64,000 bases of DNA. Origin: Vicinamibacteria bacterium (GTDB lineage Bacteria; Acidobacteriota; Vicinamibacteria; Vicinamibacterales; JAENWD01). Below are positions 26,471 to 34,813 of this stretch, in pieces. How positions within the stretch are numbered: position 1 is the stretch's first letter; every line of letters starts with the position of its first letter. The notes beneath the pieces are model-generated. The model did no database searches, was not told where the DNA came from, and saw only the letters and a program-made list of their open reading frames with translations. Location: positions 76,902 to 140,901 of the forward strand of contig CAWHTD010000012.1 of assembly GCA_963832135.1 (NCBI GenBank). Reading direction: 5' to 3'. The position numbers and the translations under genes were made by a program.

Positions 26471-28306
26471 CGGGAGCCGAATGATATAACCAGCGCGGTG
26501 CATGGCGCTCACACCACGCTCGTAGAGAGCCGTCAGGCGTTCGGGCTGCTGTCTCTCGCGACACGCTGGCGCTGGGTGGGGCTGCTGCCGTTCGCCTTGG
26601 CGGGTGCCGCGGCGGAAGCGGTCGGCGCGCTCGCCGTCTTCGCCCTCTTACGCGTGATTGTCGATCCCGCCGCCGCCGAGCGAATTCCGGTTGGCATTGT
26701 GCGCCGCTATGTGTCTACGGGCGGCAGCTCACCACTCATCTCCTTCGCGGCGCTCGTCGCCGTGATTTACCTTGCGCGAAACGCCTTGCTCACCGCGAGC
26801 GCGTGGGCGCGCGCACGGATGGTCCATGGCTCGGTCGCTGAGCTGTCGCGCCGCAGCTACACCGCGTACCTCCGCGCCTCCTTCGCCCTCTCGGGGGCGC
26901 GAAATTCAGCCGACATGATCCAGCGCGTGCAACGAGCCTCGCAGGTCGTGCCCACGCTGGTATTGGCGTCCGTCCTCAATTTGATCGCGGAAGTACTCGT
27001 GGTGGCTGGCCTCGTGCTGCTGCTCGCCTTCACCGCGCCGCTGGTCACGTTGGTAGCCGTTTCCGGCACCGCCCTGTTGCTGCTCGTGCCCGGATTCGTT
27101 ACGTCGCCCATCTTCAACCGCTGGGGCCGTGAAGAACGTCGGCTGGAGATCGACCTCCTCCGTCAGGTGAACGAAGGACTCGGTGGTCTCAAGGAGGTCA
27201 AACTCAACGAGCGGGAAAGGTATTTCGAAGCACGCTTTGCGTCACTCCGCCACCAGCTCTCGGCAATCCAGAGGAGGCGGGATGTTCTCAACGAAGGATT
27301 GCGCGTCGGCGTCGAGACGGCCTTCGCGCTGATTCTGGTGCTGGTAATCATCGTGGTCACGCGAAGCGGCGGACAGGGCAGCGACGTTGTGTCGCTGCTC
27401 GGCCTGTACGCGTATGCCGGCTTTCGTCTGATCCCTTCGATCAATCGCATCACGCTCAACCTCACCAGCCTGCGGCACGGGCTGCCCTTCGGCTCCGATC
27501 TCGTCCACGAGCTCGCGGCGCTGGAGCGCGCGACTCCGGATCGCCGCGAGGGCGATGAGACGGTGACCTTCTCGAGCGCTATCGTGTTCAACCACGTGAG
27601 CTATGCCTATGCGCAGGGCAGCCGGCCGGCGATCACCGACGTGGAGCTGACAATCGAGCGAGGCGAGTCGGTCGGAATCATAGGACCGACCGGCGCCGGC
27701 AAGAGCACCCTGCTTGACCTTCTGCTGGGGCTCATCGCGCCCACGAGCGGCCGCGTCCTCGTCGACGATCATGACATCAGCCAGGCGTCGCGCGCCTGGC
27801 AGCGACAGATCGGGTATGTGAGCCAGACGCCCTACCTGCTGGACGACAGCCTGCGACGCAACGTGGCGTTCGGTCTGCCCGGCGACACAGTGGACGACGA
27901 CCGTGTGCGGATGGCGGTCTCCGCCGCCCAGCTCGACGAGGTCGTCGAGCTCCTGCCGCAAGGTCTCGATACGACAGTCGGGGATCGGGGCGCCCGCCTG
28001 TCGGGGGGGCAACGACAGCGCGTCGCGATCGCGCGTGCGCTTTACCGCGATCCGGCCGTGCTCGTCCTGGACGAAGCGACCGCGGCTCTCGATCTGGAGA
28101 CCGAGCGCGAGGTTACTCGTGCGATCGAGTCGCTCCACGGCACACGCACGGTCATCGTCGTTGCGCATCGACTGTCAACCGTTCGCCACTGCGATCGCAT
28201 CATCGTGCTTCGTGAGGGACGAATCGCCGCGAGCGGCTCGTACGCCGACCTGCTGGCGAAGGACGAGGGGTTCCAGCGGCTGGTCGACGCCAACAATGCG
28301 GGGTGA
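26453..28306 (+). CDS. Fused TMD-NBD ABC exporter (MsbA/PglK-like; candidate lipid-linked oligosaccharide flippase)
   Basis: It has six predicted TM helices. The NBD carries Walker A (GPTGAGKST), the signature LSGGQRQR and Walker B (VLVLDEAT). The start is uncertain (ATG 26453 or GTG 26498). Confidence 0.85.
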   Translation: MHRYRHREPNDITSAVHGAHTTLVESRQAFGLLSLATRWRWVGLLPFALAGAAAEAVGALAVFALLRVIVDPAAAERIPVGIVRRYVSTGGSSPLISFAALVAVIYLARNALLTASAWARARMVHGSVAELSRRSYTAYLRASFALSGARNSADMIQRVQRASQVVPTLVLASVLNLIAEVLVVAGLVLLLAFTAPLVTLVAVSGTALLLLVPGFVTSPIFNRWGREERRLEIDLLRQVNEGLGGLKEVKLNERERYFEARFASLRHQLSAIQRRRDVLNEGLRVGVETAFALILVLVIIVVTRSGGQGSDVVSLLGLYAYAGFRLIPSINRITLNLTSLRHGLPFGSDLVHELAALERATPDRREGDETVTFSSAIVFNHVSYAYAQGSRPAITDVELTIERGESVGIIGPTGAGKSTLLDLLLGLIAPTSGRVLVDDHDISQASRAWQRQIGYVSQTPYLLDDSLRRNVAFGLPGDTVDDDRVRMAVSAAQLDEVVELLPQGLDTTVGDRGARLSGGQRQRVAIARALYRDPAVLVLDEATAALDLETEREVTRAIESLHGTRTVIVVAHRLSTVRHCDRIIVLREGRIAASGSYADLLAKDEGFQRLVDANNAG

Positions 28307-28309
28307 CGA

Positions 28310-29524
28310 TCAGGAGTTCGCGGCAACCTGCTCGACGATCTCCCGGAAGGTCGAGACGAACCGCTCGACCGAAAACAGCTGCGCGCGCGTCTTGAGCATC
28401 TCACGGAGAGTGTGCTGCTCGGCCGGGTCGCTCATGATTCTGGTGATCGCCGCGACAGCGCCGTCAATGGTCTCGTAGACGAGCCTGGGATCGCTCCCGA
28501 CGATCTCGACCTGCCCGCCCCCACTCGGCACGAACACGATGCAGCCGGCCGACGCCATCTCGGCCGGCGCGATGCCGAAGTGCTCCGCTGACATACCGTG
28601 GATCCCATAACGGAAGCTCGGGATCAGCTCGAGCAGCTCTGCTCGGGAAAGGTTTTCGTTGAGGCTGAGCCACCCACCTGCGGCACGCACGCGATCCCTC
28701 AGGTGCCGGTAATAGGTGGTCGGCCCTCGTGTACCCACCAGGCAAAGGGTGGCGTGCGGAACCGAACGCCGAACGCCCGCCACGATATCGATCACGCGAT
28801 CGAGCTCCTTCTCCGGGGCGAAGCGCCCAATGCAGATGAAGCCCTCACGTCGCTGCGACCACGGCACGTCTGGAAATCGAGTCGCCACGGGCGGATACAG
28901 TGTGCGACTGCGAATACCGTAGAGCCGCTGCATCACACGGCCGGTCCAGTCAGAGTTCGTCAGCGTGACGTTTCGCTTCATCCGGTCCACCGAGAAGCCG
29001 TCGAGCCGATCGGCCAGCCAGTAGTACAAAGGCAGCAGCAGCGGGATAGCGTGGTACCAGCGAAGGTCAGTGGCGGGTCGGGGTCTCAGATGCGTCGGAT
29101 AATGGATGTACTGAACGCCGGCGCGTCCGAGGTCAGCCTCATTGCTGGCGCTAACAACCACATCGTACCGCCCGGCAACGGTTACCGCGGCGCGCCACAA
29201 GAGCGCGTGTTTGACGAGATTGACGCGACCCGGCAGGACCTTCGCGGCCGCCTTCATCCAGGCGGGCAAAGGCTCGACGATGACATCCTCTCGCCGCAGC
29301 GAGGTGCCGTAGAACCGATTCAGATCCCGCAGGTCGAGCTTCGTCCACGAAAGAACAGCCAGATCGTGCCGTCCGCGGATCGCGTCCAGCATCCACGCAG
29401 CCACGCCATTGCCGCCGCCTGGCGGCTGAAACGACGGCTGGATCACGAGCACGCGGCGCCGAGTGCTCGGAGCGGCCCCACCTGATGAACTGTGATGAAT
29501 AGCTGATAGCCTACACGAGTGCAC
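28310..29524 (-). CDS. GT4 glycosyltransferase, ALG11-like
   Basis: QPSFQPPGGGNGVAAWML resembles the ALG11 N-terminal GGGGE region. LTNSDWT resembles the ALG11 'NSSWT' motif, and EHFGIAPAEMASAGCIVFV is an EX7E motif. The start is uncertain (GTG 29524 or GTG 29452). Confidence 0.65.
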   Translation of the reverse strand: MHSCRLSAIHHSSSGGAAPSTRRRVLVIQPSFQPPGGGNGVAAWMLDAIRGRHDLAVLSWTKLDLRDLNRFYGTSLRREDVIVEPLPAWMKAAAKVLPGRVNLVKHALLWRAAVTVAGRYDVVVSASNEADLGRAGVQYIHYPTHLRPRPATDLRWYHAIPLLLPLYYWLADRLDGFSVDRMKRNVTLTNSDWTGRVMQRLYGIRSRTLYPPVATRFPDVPWSQRREGFICIGRFAPEKELDRVIDIVAGVRRSVPHATLCLVGTRGPTTYYRHLRDRVRAAGGWLSLNENLSRAELLELIPSFRYGIHGMSAEHFGIAPAEMASAGCIVFVPSGGGQVEIVGSDPRLVYETIDGAVAAITRIMSDPAEQHTLREMLKTRAQLFSVERFVSTFREIVEQVAANS

Positions 29525-30343
29525 GACTCGCGTCAGGGACTCGAGTTCGCCAACGCGCCGATGCTGCGGTTACTCAACCTCGGCCGCCACGTCGTTCCGG
29601 CGGCATGGCGCGCTCGCCTTCGGAACGTGCTTTTTCCGATTCGGGGCCTGACCTTCACACGACCATCCGGCGTCCGCCTTCGGATTGCGAACGACACCGA
29701 TTGGACGGTCTACACAGAAGTGTTCCGGAAAGGCGAGTACGATACGGCCATCAGTCGTGCGGTCACATCGGCGCGCGCCGGCCGGCTCTGCATCGTCGAT
29801 CTGGGAGCAAACGTCGGATTCTTCACGCTGCGTGTGATCGATACGATCCGAACCCTCGAGAGTCGATCGCTCGAAGTCGAAATCATCGCCGTCGAGGGGA
29901 GCCCTAGACGGGTCGAGGCATTCCGATCGCGCGTGATCGACGAGAACGGACTGAGGGATCAGGTTCGCCTGATCGGCGGGCTCGTTGGCAATCGTTCCGG
30001 GTCCGCGGCGCTCTATGAAGGCCGGACCCACGGCGACAGCAGTCTGTTCAAGCGCGCATCGTCGTCAGCCGTCGTCGAGGAGCTCGCGTTCGTCGACCTG
30101 TCGCCGCTCGTCGCATCCGAGCCGGCCATTCATCTGCTCAAGTGCGATATCGAGGGCGCCGAGCTGCAGTTCATCCGGACGTATCGCGACCTGCTGCTGA
30201 AGACAGAGGTTGCGGTGTTCGAGCTTCACGACGAGTTGTGCGACACGGCGGCCTGCCGTCGGCTCCTTCGGGACTATGGCTTCGGTCACGAGACCGTAGT
30301 CCGCCGCATGGGACCGTACGAAATCTACTGCGTCTGGCGCTGA
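29519..30343 (+). CDS. FkbM-family SAM-dependent methyltransferase
   Basis: It has VDLGANVGFFTL (SAM-binding loop) and HLLKCDIEGAELQF, as in FkbM-type methyltransferases. The alternative start is the ATG at 29561. Confidence 0.7.
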   Translation: MHDSRQGLEFANAPMLRLLNLGRHVVPAAWRARLRNVLFPIRGLTFTRPSGVRLRIANDTDWTVYTEVFRKGEYDTAISRAVTSARAGRLCIVDLGANVGFFTLRVIDTIRTLESRSLEVEIIAVEGSPRRVEAFRSRVIDENGLRDQVRLIGGLVGNRSGSAALYEGRTHGDSSLFKRASSSAVVEELAFVDLSPLVASEPAIHLLKCDIEGAELQFIRTYRDLLLKTEVAVFELHDELCDTAACRRLLRDYGFGHETVVRRMGPYEIYCVWR

Positions 30344-32625
30344 CCCTCCGGCCTAAGGGACCGCTCGTAAATCTGCACGAGCGCGGGGCCGAATCGGCTT
30401 CCGCTTGCCGGCAGCTGCCCGAGTGATCGAAATACCTGGCGGTATTCAGGCAGTGCTTCCAGCGGGACGCAGCTGGTTAACGGATCGGGGCTCGCGATTC
30501 GCCAATGTCCGGCCGGCCGGCTGGCGATGAACCGGGTCGCCTCCTCATAACTTGCAAAAGCCCTCTCGCCTGCAAGTCGCTTCACGCGGCGCCCGCCTCG
30601 TTCGTGATCGGTCCAGGAGACCGCTGTCACCGATGATGGCGTCATGGCGCGTCCGCCAAACGCATACAAGCGCACGGCCATGGTCCGGTAATACTTTGGA
30701 AAACAGTACAGGCGCGCACGCGACGCCATGCCGTCATCGGGTAATTCGACTTGCTGACAATAGTCCGATGGCGTCCTTCCGGCTGCCAGCGCGATTGCCG
30801 CGAAGAATCCGTCCTGGTCGTTGCGGCGGCCAACGAGCCGCGCCTGCAGCCGGGCATCGACGATGATGTAGCGCGAGCCGAGCACGTCGAGAACCGTTGA
30901 GGCCTCTGTCGGGCTCTCCGCGAGCAGGAACGACGCAACCTTTTTCGCCTGAGTCTGCCTCGGGTTCGTGTTGGGAACCCTGCGAGCGACACGGATGATG
31001 AAGTAGCCGTAATCCCACCACGCCAGAACGCCGTAAGCGCTGGCAGGCCGATTGGCGCCGGGCCCGATGTCGAAATCGGTTCGATAGTAGGCGTCTCGGT
31101 CGTTGAAGGGCTCCGGAGTGTTCGCATTCAGCCACTGCAGCGCGTCGGACCAATCGTCCGACAAGCCGCTTTCCTTGTGCCGTTCGCTCTGGATACGTCC
31201 GGCCAGCGGCATGGTGACGAGCAGGGCAAGGACCAGACCAAGTGCCCACGGAGCAACGGCGCTACCGCGGCGTCGCGCCGCGGTGGTCGATATCGTCGGA
31301 TCCAAGGCGTCTTGTGATGGACGTCCGTAGAGCTCGACACGCCGGATCAACGCGTCGCACGCGAACCCGGCGAGCAGCGCCACATTTACTCCGAGGTAGT
31401 ACGTGAAACGCACCTGCGCAAACGTGGCGGCGATGAAGACACCTGTCCAGACCGCCAGCAGCGCGCCTCGCGCCGACGTGACTCGTGGCCGTGCCAGAAA
31501 CCAGGCGCCGCCAACGACCGCCAGGAACAGGCACGGGCCGAATTCGTTCCAGAGCGGCAGCGGATATCGCGCGTCGGACTGCAGGAGCGGCAAGGCTTCA
31601 CTCACATAGGCCACGCGCCCCCAGGGCAACAGCCGTCGCATCTCGAGGCCAAATCCGCTCCACCCACCGCGGGCGGTGTAGGCAAGCGAGAGAACCATTG
31701 TCGCGCCGGCCGCCATCCCTGCCAGATAGACCGCGCGATTGTGCCTGTAGGAGGCCGTCGCGTTGCCCCACGCCTGAACGGCGCACAGCACCAGCAAGCC
31801 GAGCACCAGTGACGCGACGTGGTACACGAAGTAAGGCCTCGCGCCAACCCATGGAACAACCACGCCCGCCGCCACGCCGAGTGCGGGCGTGACGAGGAGC
31901 GGCAGGTTCTCGACCGGTCGGCCGCGGAGCCGTTGAAAGATGAGGCTCGTGCCGGCCGCCGCCACCACGACGAGCACGAAGAGGCTGCCGCCGCTCCAGG
32001 TCAGAAGGTAGCAGCCAAGCGTCACGCCGCCGATGCCAGACAGCCACAGCCTCCTGCCGAACGGCCGCGACGGGTCCAGCGCCAGCACGATCCACATCAG
32101 TGCCGTTGTGCTCAAGAGCGTCTCTGCGCAGTGGTGATCGGTGAACCCGAGCTGCGATCGAATCAGCGTCTGACTGGGAACCACCGCGACGAGGAACGCC
32201 GCCCACCTCCCGGCCCGGCGAGAGCAGAGCTCGCGGCCGAGCACATAGACAGGAGCGCACAGCAGCGCGCCCATGACGGCGGGGACATACGCCCCGACTA
32301 CATCAACGAGGCGAGACGATGGCGAGCCAAGGCCGAGGAGCAGCGCAACGCCGGCGATCACCCAGTCGAAGAAGGGACCGGCATCGACTGGTTCCCCTCC
32401 GGGATGCACGAGATACGGATCGAACCAGAGCCGCTGCGGGAAGTGACGGAGCGTCGCATCCACCAGACGCATGTGATACCACGCGTCGTTCTCGACAAAC
32501 CTGATAGTGTCGTGTCCGAACACGGCGTCGTAGGTGATGCCAATCCTCACGGCCAGAGCGACACCGAACAACGCGAGCAACCACGCGGCCGTTTGGAGAG
32601 GGACGCTGAACCCGGGGCGCCTCAT
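30325..32625 (-). CDS. Oligosaccharyltransferase catalytic subunit, STT3/AglB/PglB family
   Basis: It has the WWDYG motif (nt 31006-31020), an N-terminal loop acidic motif (ENDAWYHMR), a GFTDHH..E motif (D-x-H type as in archaeal AglB) and about 13 TM helices before a soluble C-terminal domain (SRYIIVD...). The ATG at 32625 overlaps the upstream stop (ATGA). Confidence 0.85.
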   Translation of the reverse strand: MRRPGFSVPLQTAAWLLALFGVALAVRIGITYDAVFGHDTIRFVENDAWYHMRLVDATLRHFPQRLWFDPYLVHPGGEPVDAGPFFDWVIAGVALLLGLGSPSSRLVDVVGAYVPAVMGALLCAPVYVLGRELCSRRAGRWAAFLVAVVPSQTLIRSQLGFTDHHCAETLLSTTALMWIVLALDPSRPFGRRLWLSGIGGVTLGCYLLTWSGGSLFVLVVVAAAGTSLIFQRLRGRPVENLPLLVTPALGVAAGVVVPWVGARPYFVYHVASLVLGLLVLCAVQAWGNATASYRHNRAVYLAGMAAGATMVLSLAYTARGGWSGFGLEMRRLLPWGRVAYVSEALPLLQSDARYPLPLWNEFGPCLFLAVVGGAWFLARPRVTSARGALLAVWTGVFIAATFAQVRFTYYLGVNVALLAGFACDALIRRVELYGRPSQDALDPTISTTAARRRGSAVAPWALGLVLALLVTMPLAGRIQSERHKESGLSDDWSDALQWLNANTPEPFNDRDAYYRTDFDIGPGANRPASAYGVLAWWDYGYFIIRVARRVPNTNPRQTQAKKVASFLLAESPTEASTVLDVLGSRYIIVDARLQARLVGRRNDQDGFFAAIALAAGRTPSDYCQQVELPDDGMASRARLYCFPKYYRTMAVRLYAFGGRAMTPSSVTAVSWTDHERGGRRVKRLAGERAFASYEEATRFIASRPAGHWRIASPDPLTSCVPLEALPEYRQVFRSLGQLPASGSRFGPALVQIYERSLRPEGQRQTQ
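31006..31020 (-). other. WWDYG catalytic signature codons of the oligosaccharyltransferase
   Basis: The reverse complement of 31006-31020 is TGG TGG GAT TAC GGC, which encodes W-W-D-Y-G. Confidence 0.9.
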
Positions 32626-33623
32626 GGCACCTCCATCGTCAGCAACGCGATGGCCGAGCACAGCACCATCAAGGCATAGAGAGCGAGCACCGCCGCGCGG
32701 TGCGAGAAGCCGAGCCGGAGCAGACGGTGATGAATATGCGCGCCATCTGCCGAGAAGATTCGCTCGACGGCTCCGGCGAGGCTCGCCAGCCCACGCTGCG
32801 GTGCGGGGTCACGTACCAACAGGCGGCGCGCAATTGCGACGACGGTGTCGGCAAGCGGCAGCGCGAAAATCAGGAGCGGCATCCCGACTGCCAGCGTCGT
32901 CGCGCCTTTCTGCTGTCCGGTGATGGCAGTGGCCGCCAGCAGGAAGCCGGCGAGGAGACTGCCCGAATCACCGAGAAAGATTCTGGCCGGGTGAAAGTTG
33001 TACGCGAGAAATCCGAGCACGGCACCGACAAGCGACACCAGCAGCATGGCACTCGGCTGCTGATCGCGGGCGATCAACACCGTGGCACAGGTCGTGGCCG
33101 CGATCGCAACCAGGCCGCCAGCGAGCCCATCGAGGCCGTCCATCAGGTTGAAAGCGTTGGTGACGACGAGGACCCACAGCATGGCGGCCGGGATTGCAAG
33201 CCATCCGAGGTCGTGCGTCGTGCCAAAAATCGTGACGCGCGTGATCGTCAGGCCGGCCGCGATGACGATGGCCGCGGCCGCACTTTCGACGAACAGCTTC
33301 AGCCGCGGCCCGACGGGATGCAGGTCGTCCCAGGCGCCGATCGCGAAGACGAGGGTGGCGCCGGCGATGATCGGCAACAGGCTCCGGAGATTGGGTTTCG
33401 GATCCGTGTCAGCGTAAGTCTCGATGATCACGGCGACGACGAGCGAGATGGCAAGGCCGAACGCGATCGCCACGCCGCCCAGCCTCGGAATGGGGGTCGT
33501 ATGCACTTTGCGGGCGCCAGGAGGGTCGAGGAGACCCAGACGATGGCAGGTGCGAACAATCGGAGGCGTAATCGCCAGCGAACTCACCAGCGCGGTCACG
33601 AACAGCGTTAGATAGACGACCAT
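32622..33623 (-). CDS. Polyprenyl-phosphate HexNAc-1-phosphate transferase (MraY/WecA family; ALG7-equivalent initiating enzyme)
   Basis: It has RKVHTTPIPRLGGVAI, NAFNLMDGLDGLAGG (the family DG.DGLA motif) and about 10-11 TM helices. The ATG at 33623 overlaps the upstream gene by 16 nt. Confidence 0.85.
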   Translation of the reverse strand: MVVYLTLFVTALVSSLAITPPIVRTCHRLGLLDPPGARKVHTTPIPRLGGVAIAFGLAISLVVAVIIETYADTDPKPNLRSLLPIIAGATLVFAIGAWDDLHPVGPRLKLFVESAAAAIVIAAGLTITRVTIFGTTHDLGWLAIPAAMLWVLVVTNAFNLMDGLDGLAGGLVAIAATTCATVLIARDQQPSAMLLVSLVGAVLGFLAYNFHPARIFLGDSGSLLAGFLLAATAITGQQKGATTLAVGMPLLIFALPLADTVVAIARRLLVRDPAPQRGLASLAGAVERIFSADGAHIHHRLLRLGFSHRAAVLALYALMVLCSAIALLTMEVP

Positions 33624-34714
33624 CGCTCCTGCATCACTCGCTCGCAGTCCCGGACGATCTGCGCCGCGGCCTCGGGGGTGGCGAATGCGCGCGCGGCGGA
33701 AGACATGGCAGTCCACTTCAAGGGCTGTCGCAGCACGTCGACGATGCGGGTCGCGATCGCGTCGGCATCCCAATCGCGCTCGCGGACCCACAACGCGGCC
33801 CCCCGAGACGCGAACGCCGCGGCATTCTCTGCCTGATGATCGCCTGCCGCGTCGGCCAGGGGGACCAGCAGCGCGGGCAGACCGGCGAGCGCCAGTTCGG
33901 ACAGCGTGCCTGCTCCGGCACGCGCGACAATCATATCGGCCCAGTCATATTGTTCGGACAGGTCGTCGAGGAAGGGAAGCACCTGCGCCGTGACGCCAAG
34001 TCGCAGGTACTGCTGTTCCAGAGCGCCCGGATCGAGCGAGGTCACCTGATGCCGTACTTCGGCGGGAATACCCACGGCCAGGAGCCGGGCGACGAGCGAC
34101 GGAACCGTCGCGGCCAGAAACGCGTCACCACGCGATCCCCCCGTGATGAACAGTCGTACGGCGCGGTCGGACGCAGGCGGCGTTCGCTCGCGCATCAGCC
34201 GTGCGCGTGACGCGAGGAGTGGCAGGCCTGTCTTCAGCGTCCGTCCGGCCGGAAACCGCCTCGCGGTTTCGTCGAACATGACGTAGGCGCGCTCGGCGAT
34301 TCGACTGAGCAACCCATTCGCCAGTCCGGGACTGGCGTTTGGCTCCACGATCGCGGTCGGCAGTCCAAGGCTGCGCGCCGCCAGCACGACGCCACCTGAC
34401 GCCGAACCCCCCGTGCCGATGACGAGCCTGATGCCGCGCTGCCGCAGCACGCGCCGCGCCAGCGTGAATGTGGGGATCACACGCATTGCGCCCGCCAGCC
34501 GTCCGATCGGACCTACGCGCACCAGCTGTGTCGACGGGACGAAGAACAGCGACTGGCCGGCGTCGGGAAGCAGGCGGCGCGCCCAGTCCGATTCGCCCGC
34601 CAGAAAGGTCACCTCGACACCCTCACAGGCACGGCGGTACGCGTCGGCGATGGCCATCGCGGGAAGCACGTGACCGGCCGTGTCGCCGACGACCATCGCA
34701 ATCCGCCGTATCAT
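33608..34714 (-). CDS. MurG-fold GT28 glycosyltransferase (ALG13/ALG14-equivalent second HexNAc transferase candidate)
   Basis: The N-terminal G-loop (VVGDTAGHVLPAMAIA) is the MurG GGTGGH-type. The C-terminal half has ARAGAGTLSELALAGLPALLVPL...DHQAENA, as in MurG. Confidence 0.8.
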   Translation of the reverse strand: MIRRIAMVVGDTAGHVLPAMAIADAYRRACEGVEVTFLAGESDWARRLLPDAGQSLFFVPSTQLVRVGPIGRLAGAMRVIPTFTLARRVLRQRGIRLVIGTGGSASGGVVLAARSLGLPTAIVEPNASPGLANGLLSRIAERAYVMFDETARRFPAGRTLKTGLPLLASRARLMRERTPPASDRAVRLFITGGSRGDAFLAATVPSLVARLLAVGIPAEVRHQVTSLDPGALEQQYLRLGVTAQVLPFLDDLSEQYDWADMIVARAGAGTLSELALAGLPALLVPLADAAGDHQAENAAAFASRGAALWVRERDWDADAIATRIVDVLRQPLKWTAMSSAARAFATPEAAAQIVRDCERVMQERWSSI

Positions 34715-34813
34715 GATTGGCGCGCCAGCCTACCATGCATGCCTGATTCTCCTGATCGCGCGACGCATGACCCGGCACTGCAGGCATGAATCGCGACGGA
34801 GCCCGTTAGCCGC
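34715..34813. promoter_or_regulatory. Divergent intergenic region between the MurG-like operon and the ALG1-like gene
   Basis: A 99-bp gap separates two divergent starts. It contains an 8-bp inverted repeat, CATGCCTG (34738-34745) and CAGGCATG (34781-34788). I could not assign promoter boxes. Confidence 0.3.

Noticed and set aside
31819-33611. + strand ORFs (31819..32679, 32700..33611) opposite the OST and WecA-like genes.
   Set aside because: Their composition (runs of R, D, E, H, Q) is non-protein-like. The minus-strand genes carry diagnostic motifs (WWDYG, DG.DGLA).
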